A DNA stretch of 41,227 nt from a virus. Taxonomy: Duplodnaviria > Heunggongvirae > Uroviricota > Caudoviricetes. The notes under the pieces were generated by a model that saw only the letters and a list, made by a program, of their open reading frames with translations, ran no database searches and was not told the DNA's origin. Location: positions 1 through 41,227 of IMG/VR virus record IMGVR_UViG_2713896799_000015. One strand, written 5' to 3'. Shown here one piece after another: positions 17,109-26,449 of this stretch (within the stretch, counting starts at the first letter, position 1; each line of letters begins with the position of its first letter). The translations under genes and the position numbers were made by a program.

Positions 17109-19579
17109 CAGAATCCCCCAACAGTAAGGCGAGGAATAACGGCAAGAACAGACAGCGGCAACGGGTCAAGCTGACGGATTTTTACACGCCCGTTTTTGCC
17201 CCAGTTACTGTCCAGTTTCACTTCTACTTTTCCGGTAGCATCATCAACAGGATCATCGTAGAACTCGAATTCACGCTGTGGATATTCGTACCATTTACCG
17301 CCGGGCGTAGTCGCCCAGATGCCGCGACTGGCATTCACAACCAGAGTAACGGACGGGATCACCTGTTTTTTGTCCAGCAGCGTTTCCTGTCCGTTAATGT
17401 TGATATCCAGTGTTTCGAATTCAGCAGTTATTGGCAGGCCGATGTGCACTACAGCCCCCGGAGATTCCAGCGTGACGGCACCTCCGGAAACCACTTTCTG
17501 TGGTTCCACGTTCGCATCAGAGAGGATGTTTACGGTCTGACCTTCAAGATGAGACAAGCCGCCAAATGCCCGGCGCGCCATCTGCCAGTTCGTGGTGGCC
17601 ACATTCCTGAGGGATGGCGGGACGTTCCTGTTAGCACGAACCACTACAGCGGTGTTGCTGGTTACAGAAATAATGTCGCAACGTAATTCTTTTGACACTT
17701 CATCGCCAGTATCGGGAACAGTTCCGGTATAAGGGAACTGTAGTTGCGCACCGACATCACTACTGGTGAAGTACGCACCACCAGAAACACTGATTGTATA
17801 TTCCGCGCGGTAATCCCATTCGCCAGAACCACCAGTGATTGTCATCGTTCTGTCAGACGTATTTCTTCCATCATAGCTAAGGCCAGAATCAACAAAGAAA
17901 GCGTCTTCATCGCTGGTAAATAAACGGCTGGACAGCCGTTCGATGTATCTCACTGTTTGCCCGTTAACGGTTCGGTTAACGACGAAATACACCGCATCTT
18001 CATTGCCTTCGCTGATACTGCATGTGCTTTCATATTTTCCGGTACTGGATTGTGGTGCCCATGCAAAAACCTGCTGATCACGCAAATAGGTCATCACCAG
18101 TAATTTACCGTCATCACGAATGCAGAAGGCACTGGAGTAAGGGACAATCGAGAAGCACCAGTCAACAATGCTGTGCTTCTGAAAAAGATGATTGGCAAGG
18201 ATGGTCAGGTCGTTCCCCTGATAGCCGTCAACATCGAATGAGTAGGCCAGATCACGGACAACGCTGCCTTTCTCCTGGACGAACAGAGCAATATTCGCCA
18301 CAGCAATTGGTGGGACGTTGCTTGAGCCATTTGATCCCTGAGAGCTGAATGCAAATGATGATGGGGTTAACACTTTGTTCTGGTCGCCAGTGATGACGTA
18401 CTCACCTCCGGAAGTCAGCGCCACCAGCGAACCAACATCAATCAGGTGGCGGATCTCATTAACCTGACGCCCGGCATAGGTGTAGATAATTCTGTCGTCA
18501 TCCTGCGTAGGATTGCTTTTGCCAAAATCCTTATAATCCCCGGTACGGCTGGCCCAGATAGTCTGAGGGAACGCGGTCGATGCGGCGAAGTAAAGACGTT
18601 GTTGATAATAAACAACAGTGCCAGGATAACCATTAACACTGTTCCAGGCATATTTAGCCCATTTATAGCTGGCATTATCCTCGCCAACTACCTGCGAAGG
18701 GATATAGGAAATCACCTCAGCAGTTGCAGTAGTGCCATTTGCAGCAGTGATACGGGCAATGCCAAAACCACTGTGCAGATATTCCCACTCAATGCCAGTA
18801 TCATCATCACCGGATCCGCCCCAGCCATCCCATGATGTGCCTTCTGTATGCGAAGGGCGCAAAGTACCTGTTTTGCCTGCTGTAACGGCGCGATAGTAGT
18901 TACTGTCTGCACGGCGAATATCGCCAATCGACGTACTCTTACTGGTTTCCCATACCGGTACTGAATCCACTGCAGGCTGTTCCAGATAGAACAATTTGCC
19001 TACCTGCTCCGCGCCAAAAATAGAGGCGCTTGCCGTTAACGTAATTGTCCCGGTGCTGGCGCTGGCATAAACCGTCACTGACTCATCAATATTGATATCT
19101 TCAAATGGCCCGTTCTTCGTTACCACATCAACCAGTTGCCAGTTGTCATGCGCATAGCGGCGCAGCTCTTTCGGCGGGTATGCCGGATGAACCAGCGTAA
19201 GCACGTCGGCGCTTTGCGTGAATTTAATTCGGAACAGATCGGCTTCAGTATATGGCGTGGCAATTTCATAAATAACATTGCTGCTGTTCAGCACCAACGC
19301 ACCATCTTTGATAACGCGCATGTACTGGTGTCCGAACTCCAGAGCGTAGGTCTGAACCGTCGAGAACTGGAACGGGATCAGGCGGCATTTCCGATTTGGG
19401 TACTTGGCGGCACCGACAAAACGCGTACCAGGTCGATTCTCAACGCCGCCATACTGCCGCACGATAAAGTTATCGCACTTGCGCAATGCCACCTGGTACT
19501 TCGCCATGTCGATACGACCGTACAACGACGGTCCAATCTCACCACCGGCAAAGCTGGGCTGGATCCAACTGATAGCCAT
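17108..19579 (-). CDS. Tail tubular protein B (nozzle)
   Basis: 823 aa, size and position match T7 gp12. Confidence 0.55.
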   Translation of the reverse strand: MAISWIQPSFAGGEIGPSLYGRIDMAKYQVALRKCDNFIVRQYGGVENRPGTRFVGAAKYPNRKCRLIPFQFSTVQTYALEFGHQYMRVIKDGALVLNSSNVIYEIATPYTEADLFRIKFTQSADVLTLVHPAYPPKELRRYAHDNWQLVDVVTKNGPFEDINIDESVTVYASASTGTITLTASASIFGAEQVGKLFYLEQPAVDSVPVWETSKSTSIGDIRRADSNYYRAVTAGKTGTLRPSHTEGTSWDGWGGSGDDDTGIEWEYLHSGFGIARITAANGTTATAEVISYIPSQVVGEDNASYKWAKYAWNSVNGYPGTVVYYQQRLYFAASTAFPQTIWASRTGDYKDFGKSNPTQDDDRIIYTYAGRQVNEIRHLIDVGSLVALTSGGEYVITGDQNKVLTPSSFAFSSQGSNGSSNVPPIAVANIALFVQEKGSVVRDLAYSFDVDGYQGNDLTILANHLFQKHSIVDWCFSIVPYSSAFCIRDDGKLLVMTYLRDQQVFAWAPQSSTGKYESTCSISEGNEDAVYFVVNRTVNGQTVRYIERLSSRLFTSDEDAFFVDSGLSYDGRNTSDRTMTITGGSGEWDYRAEYTISVSGGAYFTSSDVGAQLQFPYTGTVPDTGDEVSKELRCDIISVTSNTAVVVRANRNVPPSLRNVATTNWQMARRAFGGLSHLEGQTVNILSDANVEPQKVVSGGAVTLESPGAVVHIGLPITAEFETLDININGQETLLDKKQVIPSVTLVVNASRGIWATTPGGKWYEYPQREFEFYDDPVDDATGKVEVKLDSNWGKNGRVKIRQLDPLPLSVLAVIPRLTVGGF

Positions 19580-20184
19580 CAGGACAACCTCGCAATGGTA
19601 AACTCGTCAACCGGTGGCTGTGGTTCCTGTGATTCATTCTGGCTATGCGAGCCAGCACTAAGAATCACGCGATTGTACATATTGAGAGCAAATGTACCGA
19701 GATCCGCATTCCCAGTCAGCGCCATGTTAATGGCTGCCGCAAGACGCCAGGCCAACGCCTCCATAAAAATGGCATCAAACATGTTCACATCTGAAACGCG
19801 AGAGACATACTTGAGCCATGCCTGCGGCTGGTCTGTGTAGATCAACTTTCCTGTTCCGTCGGTGTCTGCACCAACTTCGTACTGAACGCGCATTGCTGCT
19901 GTTGGATTGCGTACACCAGGAAGCATAATTTCAGTAATGCGCAGACAATCGGACGGGTACTGGTACGCATATTCCCAGTCAGGCGGTGGATTGCTCGTAT
20001 CTGCAAGCGCCACGCGTTTGGTAGCAAAGTTCCAGTCAAAATCAGAAAGCACAGCATCACGGCAGGCCTCAAAGTGCAGCGAACATTCCCCCGCTTCCTT
20101 GCTGGCTTCCGTCAGGCTGTTAATGCTGCGGCTATTGCCAATATTGGACAGCGCACGATTGCAGATCTCTACTACAGAGGCCAT
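19579..20184 (-). CDS. Tail tubular protein A (gatekeeper)
   Basis: 201 aa, size and position match T7 gp11. Confidence 0.5.
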   Translation of the reverse strand: MASVVEICNRALSNIGNSRSINSLTEASKEAGECSLHFEACRDAVLSDFDWNFATKRVALADTSNPPPDWEYAYQYPSDCLRITEIMLPGVRNPTAAMRVQYEVGADTDGTGKLIYTDQPQAWLKYVSRVSDVNMFDAIFMEALAWRLAAAINMALTGNADLGTFALNMYNRVILSAGSHSQNESQEPQPPVDEFTIARLS

Positions 20185-20513
20185 TACTCACCCCCATTGC
20201 CGTACAGGGTTTCAGCCGCTGATTTTTCTACATCCCCGGAAACAGGAGCGATCGCCATATCAGTGATCTGCAGATCGGCGCTGCGATTAGCACCATCGTC
20301 AGTTTCTCTGGCAGACAGGCCTCGAATAACAGCCTTTGCAGTTATCATCACTTCTGTTCCGACGCCCTGAGGTTGCGCCTTCAGCTTATTCAATGTGTCG
20401 TTATTAAGAGTGATGCACAGCCCCCACGGGTATTCATCGCGAGTTCTGGTTTCTCCGCTCTCATCCTGGTAGCTGTCAGTGCCGGTTTTGAGGTTTACGA
20501 GTTCCATATACAC
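20184..20513 (-). CDS. Hypothetical virion protein
   Basis: 109-aa ORF in synteny between capsid and tail genes. Confidence 0.35.
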   Translation of the reverse strand: MYMELVNLKTGTDSYQDESGETRTRDEYPWGLCITLNNDTLNKLKAQPQGVGTEVMITAKAVIRGLSARETDDGANRSADLQITDMAIAPVSGDVEKSAAETLYGNGGE

Positions 20514-20557
20514 TCCTGCAATAAAGGGGCCGAAGCCCCTTGTCTGATCCGCGAGGC

Positions 20558-20902
20558 TTACACGCCAAGTTCTTTACGCTTATCTGCGATCTTCTCGCGG
20601 AGCGTTTCGGCTTTGGCGTTATGGTGTGGCTTCTCGTTAAAGAGCAATTCGTACTCTTCACGGAGCTTATCCAGTTCACCATCATCTGACACATCATTGA
20701 TGATTTTGGTGCTGGTTGCTGCCATTGACACCTTTCCTGCAACTTTTGCTTTTGCCTGTCTGGCTGCATCGTTAACAGGTTCCAGTGCGCTACCAGGCTC
20801 ACCTTCGTATTCGATTTCTGCCCCCTCCGGCCACAGTGTGTTATGGATATGAGAGAGGCGCAGAACGCGGTATCTTGGTTTCTCACCTGACATCGAAATC
20901 AC
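20558..20902 (-). CDS. Hypothetical virion protein
   Basis: 114 aa; preferred over the overlapping 20476-20886 frame because of fit to neighbours. Confidence 0.35.
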   Translation of the reverse strand: MISMSGEKPRYRVLRLSHIHNTLWPEGAEIEYEGEPGSALEPVNDAARQAKAKVAGKVSMAATSTKIINDVSDDGELDKLREEYELLFNEKPHHNAKAETLREKIADKRKELGV

Positions 20903-20903
20903 C

Positions 20904-21341
20904 TTAACCAGTTACTTTTGAGCGGATCGGGTACGGTGTATTGGCATCAACATCCAGACTAATACTCGCAGTGAATTTGCCGGCCGTTAGTGGGCCAGTT
21001 GCGACGGAGTAGTTAACACGCAGATATCGCTGAACACCGGCAGGCACCTTTGCAGAAACAACTCGTTTACCTGCTGTCAGGGTAGCCTTTGCCAGTGCGC
21101 CACTATCATAAATAGTGGACCATGAGCTGTTATTCTCACTCGTCTGCAACTGGATGTTTACAGTTGCCTCACCACTTGCCTTGGCGGCTTCGTTAACCAG
21201 CACCCAAAACTCAAGCGGGTAACCTACACCGATATCGCGACGGTTTCCGTCAATTGGACCGAGATCGATTACGTCAGTTGAAGCCGCGGTATCAGTTACC
21301 GCCTGTGCTTCGGAGAACATCAACAGTTTGTCGGTGATCAT
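20904..21341 (-). CDS. Hypothetical capsid-associated protein
   Basis: 145 aa beta-rich ORF immediately after major capsid gene. Confidence 0.35.
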   Translation of the reverse strand: MITDKLLMFSEAQAVTDTAASTDVIDLGPIDGNRRDIGVGYPLEFWVLVNEAAKASGEATVNIQLQTSENNSSWSTIYDSGALAKATLTAGKRVVSAKVPAGVQRYLRVNYSVATGPLTAGKFTASISLDVDANTPYPIRSKVTG

Positions 21342-21392
21342 CTTCTTTCTCCATTAGTGGGTCTGTTACGACCCACTGGTTAATAACAGGCG

Positions 21393-22385
21393 TTACACCA
21401 CACGGGCTTCTGTTTCCAGAAGCGCATCAGTTTCACGGATTGGTACACCACGGAATGAAGTCCACCACTCGCCTTCTGTCTCTTTTACGCTGATCGCCAG
21501 AGATGTTTTCTCCAGAGATTGCAGATCAAGAGCCTGGCCTACAGTGCGGTTCATGTAGAACACCGGGCGACCCATTCCACGGTTTGGAATGCGATGCAGT
21601 GCTTTAACCATCAACTTCGCAATATTTGCGGCAGAGGAAGGTTCTGAAAGATTGCTGACATCGATGTTTGCAATGCGAACAACATAACGCCAGTCACGCA
21701 GAGCAAGTCCGTTGTCCCATTTGTAATGGGTGCGATAGCCTTCGTACTTGCCGCCATTAGCATCTTCCAGTGTCACCTGGCCTTTATCTTCCATCTGGAT
21801 GCCAGCCTTCTGCCCTTTCGGGAAGATGCCATGCACGGTGTTTTCGCCCCACACCACTAACCAGATTGAGGTGTTATCTGTACCCGTGCCACCAGCATCA
21901 ATGATGTTCTGAGCATTACCCGCAGACAGGCTGGAATAGCGGGAGGACAGTCCCATAAACTGCTGAGGGTTAACGCTGGAATCACCATAAAACAGCGTCT
22001 GCGCCATCTGCTGATTCATCGCTTCAATAAATGCGCGGTCTTCAGACAGGCGGAATTCGGCGGTATTGCCGTTCAGATCAGCCAGTGACTTATCGACTTC
22101 AGCATAGGTTTCCAGCATGCCCACGGAATCGGTTACCTGCACTGTGGTTGATTTGCTTGGCTGTACGCCATAGTTCAGCAAACGCCAGGTAGCTGAAGGT
22201 AAACCAGAACGAATGGTGGTTCGGTGTCCGGTAGGAAGGTTCCCTTCGACAAAAGGCATATCCTGAAGGATCGGGTTAGTTTGACCGAGAAGCTCGATAA
22301 TCTTATCGACTTTCCCGTTTGGATCGACGCGCTTACCCCAGTCAGCCAGCGTTAGCGCAGTTAAGCCTTTAACAGACATTGTCAT
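21393..22385 (-). CDS. Major capsid protein
   Basis: 330 aa, follows the scaffold gene; size fits epsilon15-type capsid proteins. Confidence 0.65.
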   Translation of the reverse strand: MTMSVKGLTALTLADWGKRVDPNGKVDKIIELLGQTNPILQDMPFVEGNLPTGHRTTIRSGLPSATWRLLNYGVQPSKSTTVQVTDSVGMLETYAEVDKSLADLNGNTAEFRLSEDRAFIEAMNQQMAQTLFYGDSSVNPQQFMGLSSRYSSLSAGNAQNIIDAGGTGTDNTSIWLVVWGENTVHGIFPKGQKAGIQMEDKGQVTLEDANGGKYEGYRTHYKWDNGLALRDWRYVVRIANIDVSNLSEPSSAANIAKLMVKALHRIPNRGMGRPVFYMNRTVGQALDLQSLEKTSLAISVKETEGEWWTSFRGVPIRETDALLETEARVV

Positions 22386-22393
22386 TTCCTCTC

Positions 22394-23095
22394 TTATTTG
22401 CCATAGAGCACTTCGGCCGCACTACGCTGGCCTTCATTACCACCGGTGACCATGCCATCTTCAGACATCGCCTTTCCGATTTTCACGAACGTTTTGACCA
22501 GATCAGGGTGATTACCCAGCCCGGTGGTGTTCAGATATTCTTTGAGTTCAGGTGTCCCGAACTGGTCAAGCGCACGCTGTGCGGCGCTAAGGTTAGAAAT
22601 CAACTTGTCGCCACCGATTTCTTTGTCAGCTTTTACATCCGCAGCCCACTGCTCGGTTGTTTTCTGCCAGGCTTCTGCCTGGCGCTGCTGAACACCTGCC
22701 AGAATCTTCGGATAAGCATCAACCAGCTTTTGCGCTTGCTCGTTGGTCAGGTTAAGTTCTCGCGCCACCGGCTCGAATTCCTTCAACGCTTCTGTATCCA
22801 GCTCTACGCCTTCGGCAGCCTGAAACTCGTACTTCTCAGGCGCACCCTCTGGTTTATCGCCGTCCTTTTTTTCATCCTGCTTATCGTTTTCAGGCTTTTT
22901 GTCATCAGCAGGTTTATCGCCATCAGCAACAGGTTGTGGCTTATCACCTTCCTGTTGTGATGGATCACCAACTGGAGCAGGGTTATCACCTGCAGGCGCT
23001 GACGGTTCTGACGCAGCCGGAGCTGCTCCACCATCGACTGGTTGCTCATTGCAAAGACGGCTATACAGCAAACGCTCAAATAAATTCATGATCAC
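22394..23095 (-). CDS. Scaffolding protein
   Basis: Acidic, Pro/Asp/Lys-rich low-complexity N-half; between portal and capsid. Confidence 0.5.
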   Translation of the reverse strand: MIMNLFERLLYSRLCNEQPVDGGAAPAASEPSAPAGDNPAPVGDPSQQEGDKPQPVADGDKPADDKKPENDKQDEKKDGDKPEGAPEKYEFQAAEGVELDTEALKEFEPVARELNLTNEQAQKLVDAYPKILAGVQQRQAEAWQKTTEQWAADVKADKEIGGDKLISNLSAAQRALDQFGTPELKEYLNTTGLGNHPDLVKTFVKIGKAMSEDGMVTGGNEGQRSAAEVLYGK

Positions 23096-23388
23096 TCCTG
23101 TTCACTGGCCTCTTTGGCCATCTTCAAATACTGTTCAGGGCAATGCGCCATAACGCGCTGAAACAGTTCCAGCGCCAGATTGCGTTGCCCCTCATTAAAT
23201 GCCATTGCCATAGCGTCCATCGGTGAGATAGCGGAAAACACACGGCCTTTCTCCAGCACCGACCAGACAACGCGACGCCCATGTTCACTGCTCATGACAA
23301 AGCGAATGTCATCAATTTCACGCTGTGCCATGTCACGTTGCTTACGGGCGTTTTCTTCTTTCAGTTGATCGTCTTCGTAATCTGTCAT
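23092..23388 (-). CDS. Hypothetical small protein between portal and scaffold
   Basis: 98 aa, 4-nt overlaps at both ends. Confidence 0.35.
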   Translation of the reverse strand: MTDYEDDQLKEENARKQRDMAQREIDDIRFVMSSEHGRRVVWSVLEKGRVFSAISPMDAMAMAFNEGQRNLALELFQRVMAHCPEQYLKMAKEASEQE

Positions 23389-25064
23389 TGTGATTGCCCA
23401 CCCTGACCACTAACTGCATTCGCCATAGCTGACAAAACACTCGGATCCGAAGTTTTAGCTTCGCTTAGCGTCTTGGCACCCTGTGCCGCCGCCATCCCCA
23501 TCGCCATCATTTGTTGCTGCTGTTGCTGCTGTGCCCGTTGCTGGCGAGCCTGCTCAACCTGTTCCTGCGGAACAATGACGGTTGGAGACACTCCGGACAT
23601 ATCAGCGAATGCATCGATCGCCTGATCAACGTTGAGTTTGTCGAGAGCTTCTGGTTTCGCTTGCGCAAGTTGACCAATGAAGTTAACCGTGGACGCCAGA
23701 CTGGACAGGCCGATAGACTTCTGCGCCTGAGCCATGACGGAAATGTATTCGACCTTCAGGGGCATGCCTTCCATCGCGTCAGGCGGTGGCGGCAGCATGT
23801 TTTTACGCACCATCATCGAGAAAGCGCGGTCAATGAGAGGATTAAGACATTCGTCGTTCAGACGCTCCAGAACCGGCCCCAACATCAGAAGCTTTTCTTC
23901 TTTCATTTCGATCACCGCTTCAACAGGCATTGAGCGGGTATTGATGTTCTGCAACATCATGAACAGATCGACGAAGTAGGCGCTGTTAATGATTTGACGA
24001 GTGTCCTGAATGTCTGCCACCAAATCTGCTGTACTTGGGTTAACCAGATAAGCAGGCCTGAAGCCATCCTGACCAGTAATCTGATCGATATACGTGATGT
24101 CGCCAGGAAGAAGGGAGGCACGCTGATTCTTGAGGGAAGTCGGAGCAACCATCGGCGGATTGGTGGCTTTATCAATCAACTGCGACTTGCGCTTCTGGAG
24201 AAGCTGCAATGCCTTAACAGGTCCAAGCGCCAGCATACCCGGGCATGATGATCCATAAACATCTTCGCCATTAACTTCCCAGCGCGGAGCCATAATTGGA
24301 AACTCATCGAATCCGGACTCACGCAACAACTTGTCGTTATCGCCACCAACCTCGTAATAAACCGATTTGAATGGCTTGTTCTTGCTATCCAGCTTCGATG
24401 TATCGCGGTCAATGTTCGGGTAAACCGAATGCATCACTTCGATCCACTTCTCGTAGGTGCCGCTTTCCCACATGCTTTTTACGGATTCGCTGACGTTATT
24501 TAGCCCGAACTCCTGAACAAGCTGACGAACAGTCATAGAGAACTTGCGAAAACAGGTGTCAACACTGCCACGAGGTGAGTTAGCCAGGTAGTAACTGCCT
24601 ATCGGGAATGGCATTGTGCGAATGATGTCCTCGTCATCCTCCAGCACCGCCATTGCACCAGTGCTGTATGTGCAGAGGCTTCCGTATAACTGCGGAAGAG
24701 ACTGGTAGAGATTCGACTTATTGAACATATCGTTCATGCGGTTCTGCACCGCCTCGAGCCACAACTTAACAGGACCATAATCCATCATTTCAGGATCTGG
24801 CGTAGCCAGGCGAAACCACGGACGCGCAGGGCTTGTGATGCCTGACATCATGCCGCTGGCGAGAGTGCGCGCCGCCATAGTCCCGGTCGAATCAATAATG
24901 CGTGTATTGCGTCGATCGTTACGGTTGACCTCAGAAGTCAGAAAGCGGGAACCACGCGGGTTGATGTAATCACTCAACTCGCGCCAGTGCGGCTCGAACG
25001 ACTGACGCTCGCTTTCAAGTTGTGCGAACTGTTTGTTCAATCGCTCTTTAGTTGTTTCCGCCAT
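23385..25064 (-). CDS. Portal (head-to-tail connector) protein
   Basis: 559 aa with Gln-rich C-terminus, downstream of terminase as in T7-like modules. Confidence 0.75.
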   Translation of the reverse strand: MAETTKERLNKQFAQLESERQSFEPHWRELSDYINPRGSRFLTSEVNRNDRRNTRIIDSTGTMAARTLASGMMSGITSPARPWFRLATPDPEMMDYGPVKLWLEAVQNRMNDMFNKSNLYQSLPQLYGSLCTYSTGAMAVLEDDEDIIRTMPFPIGSYYLANSPRGSVDTCFRKFSMTVRQLVQEFGLNNVSESVKSMWESGTYEKWIEVMHSVYPNIDRDTSKLDSKNKPFKSVYYEVGGDNDKLLRESGFDEFPIMAPRWEVNGEDVYGSSCPGMLALGPVKALQLLQKRKSQLIDKATNPPMVAPTSLKNQRASLLPGDITYIDQITGQDGFRPAYLVNPSTADLVADIQDTRQIINSAYFVDLFMMLQNINTRSMPVEAVIEMKEEKLLMLGPVLERLNDECLNPLIDRAFSMMVRKNMLPPPPDAMEGMPLKVEYISVMAQAQKSIGLSSLASTVNFIGQLAQAKPEALDKLNVDQAIDAFADMSGVSPTVIVPQEQVEQARQQRAQQQQQQQMMAMGMAAAQGAKTLSEAKTSDPSVLSAMANAVSGQGGQSQ

Positions 25065-25078
25065 TTCAATGACTCCGG

Positions 25079-25285
25079 TTACTGACCAAGCAGCGTTTTA
25101 CCGCTGGTATTAGCGGTTGATGTGTCGCCCTGAGAACCGGTAAGCAGCGTAGAACTACGACCAGCAGCAGCGCGACGGCGACGTGTTTCTTCGTCGCGGG
25201 CATCAACAACGGCGGCATCCTGCTCCTGTGGTGCTGCCTGAACTTCTGGTGTTGCAGGCACTGATGGTGAGCTACCCATGCACAT
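25079..25285 (-). CDS. Possible small protein upstream of portal
   Basis: 68-aa ORF only; low-complexity composition, no other support. Confidence 0.2.
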   Translation of the reverse strand: MCMGSSPSVPATPEVQAAPQEQDAAVVDARDEETRRRRAAAGRSSTLLTGSQGDTSTANTSGKTLLGQ

Positions 25286-25353
25286 ATCAATGACTCCGTA
25301 CGCAATTAAATTATTATCAATTTAACCACATATGATTTATTTATCGTAGAAGG

Positions 25354-25390
25354 TTGACATTTAACGCGTGAATTATTACCTTTCAGGTAA
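25354..25390 (+). promoter_or_regulatory. Promoter-like TTGACA plus operator TTACCTTTCAGGTAA (25376-25390)
   Basis: TTGACA at 25354-25359; perfect operator copy begins 17 bp later, upstream of the tRNA unit. Confidence 0.45.
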
Positions 25391-25712
25391 CTAAAGAGCT
25401 CATTCTGGTTACTAACCTGACTGGCTTGTCGTTAAATTAAACAGGTGGAGTGAGCTTTTATTTTGAGCAGTACGGCGTATGGCACATGCGCCGATAGCGG
25501 TCTGGATACGTTTAAGGGGCACCCTCCCTTGCTCGGGCAAACGAACCAGGTAGCCGGAATGTGCAAGTCGAGCGGTTTTATTCCGCGCACGGGGATTCAC
25601 CATCCCGGCGATTCGGTGTGACGCCTCGGAAGAGACGAGGGTACAACGATGAGAGCATTTATGGAGCCGCGACAAAGTGTGGCGCCTTAACAGGCTAAGT
25701 GCTCTCAGCGTT
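25391..25712 (+). ncRNA. Candidate ~320-nt noncoding leader upstream of the tRNA
   Basis: GC-rich region with several short stems; only ORF here is an Arg-rich antisense frame that looks non-coding. Confidence 0.25.
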
Positions 25713-25789
25713 GTGGCATTAGCTCAGTCGGACAGAGCAACCGCCTTCTAAGCGGTTGGTCGCAGGTTCGAATCCTGCATGCCACGCCA
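25713..25789 (+). tRNA. tRNA-Arg (anticodon UCU)
   Basis: 77-nt cloverleaf: acceptor GTGGCAT/ATGCCAC, anticodon stem ACCGC/GCGGT, loop CTTCTAA, T-arm GCAGG-TTCGAAT-CCTGC, encoded CCA. Confidence 0.85.
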
Positions 25790-25832
25790 GAATCACGCCT
25801 AAGGACCGTGATGCCAGAAGTTCCAGGGGCTT

Positions 25833-25876
25833 GGCGGTGATGGTTTCCCTTGAAGGACTATCACCGCCCTTTTTAC
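25833..25876 (+). terminator. Terminator after the tRNA
   Basis: GGCGGTGAT ... ATCACCGCC stem followed by CTTTTTAC. Confidence 0.5.
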
Positions 25877-25952
25877 AGCAGGACGCCATTGCGATGACTT
25901 CATGCTGTAAACCCGTACAGCCACGGAAGGCATAACTCATTGCTTCCAGTTC

Positions 25953-25977
25953 GCCCGGTTCGCCGGGCATTTTTTTA
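25953..25977 (+). terminator. Terminator hairpin 10 nt upstream of the next start codon
   Basis: GCCCGG-TTCG-CCGGGC followed by seven T. Confidence 0.55.
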
Positions 25978-25987
25978 AGGTGAGATT

Positions 25988-26359
25988 ATGAACGACAAGC
26001 AAATCGAAAAAGAAATCGTTGAGAAAGGCAAAACGGCACCGCGCGTTACGCCAGACCATATCGAAGGAATTATTGCTCAGGAGGCATATTTCACAGCAGA
26101 AGATGGTGCCTTTGGCAAAGCCATAAAAGCGAAACATACTGGCGGAGAGGTAAACTACCAGCCGCACGAATCACTTTCTCTGCTGACGTTCTGCGTCCTG
26201 GTGCTGCGCAACGGCTTCACCGTCACCGGAGAGAGCGCCTGTGCAAGCCCGGAAAACTTTGATGCAGAAATTGGTCGGAAGATTGCCCGGCAGAATGCTG
26301 TAAACAAAATCTGGATGCTCGAAGGTTACTTGCTGAAGCAGAAGCTAAGCGAGCAATAA
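25988..26359 (+). CDS. Small phage protein, possibly Gp49/Sf6-gp66-like family
   Basis: 123 aa, AAGGTGAG RBS; family call is from recalled motif resemblance only. Confidence 0.4.
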   Translation: MNDKQIEKEIVEKGKTAPRVTPDHIEGIIAQEAYFTAEDGAFGKAIKAKHTGGEVNYQPHESLSLLTFCVLVLRNGFTVTGESACASPENFDAEIGRKIARQNAVNKIWMLEGYLLKQKLSEQ

Positions 26360-26363
26360 CACC

Positions 26364-26375
26364 GTGACATGTCAC
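26364..26375. repeat. Palindrome GTGACATGTCAC, copy 2 of 3
   Basis: Perfect 12-mer 5 nt upstream of the 26381-26406 terminator. Confidence 0.7.
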
Positions 26376-26380
26376 AAACA

Positions 26381-26406
26381 GCCAGCCGATGAGCTGGCTT
26401 TGTTTT
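26381..26406 (+). terminator. Rho-independent terminator
   Basis: GCCAGC-CGATGA-GCTGGC followed by TTTGTTTT. Confidence 0.6.
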
Positions 26407-26449
26407 ATCCTCATCAGAGGATATCAACGACATTATCCCCACCAGCGGA

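Noticed and set aside
19136-19840. 234-aa plus-strand ORF
   Set aside because: Lies antisense across the junction of tail tubular A and B genes, which are supported by T7-like synteny.
20476-20886. 136-aa alternative-frame ORF overlapping 20558-20902
   Set aside because: Same strand, different frame; the 114-aa frame fits neighbouring gene boundaries better. Frame choice remains uncertain.
22379-22960. 193-aa plus-strand ORF
   Set aside because: Antisense to the scaffold gene with an implausible Leu/Phe-rich composition.
25412-25675. 87-aa minus-strand ORF across the tRNA leader
   Set aside because: Arg-rich low-complexity translation, antisense to a probable transcript, no RBS; the region looks non-coding.
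25713-25789. The internal tRNA as the prophage attachment site, implying two elements in the window
   Set aside because: Terminase and portal genes flank it on the same strand in canonical order, so it sits inside one continuous structural module; the integrase is about 14 kb away at the window edge.
25905-25920. Second LexA box (CTGTAAACCCGTACAG)
   Set aside because: It has the CTGT-N8-ACAG skeleton but a GC-rich spacer unlike functional LexA sites, so it is treated as a weak chance match.
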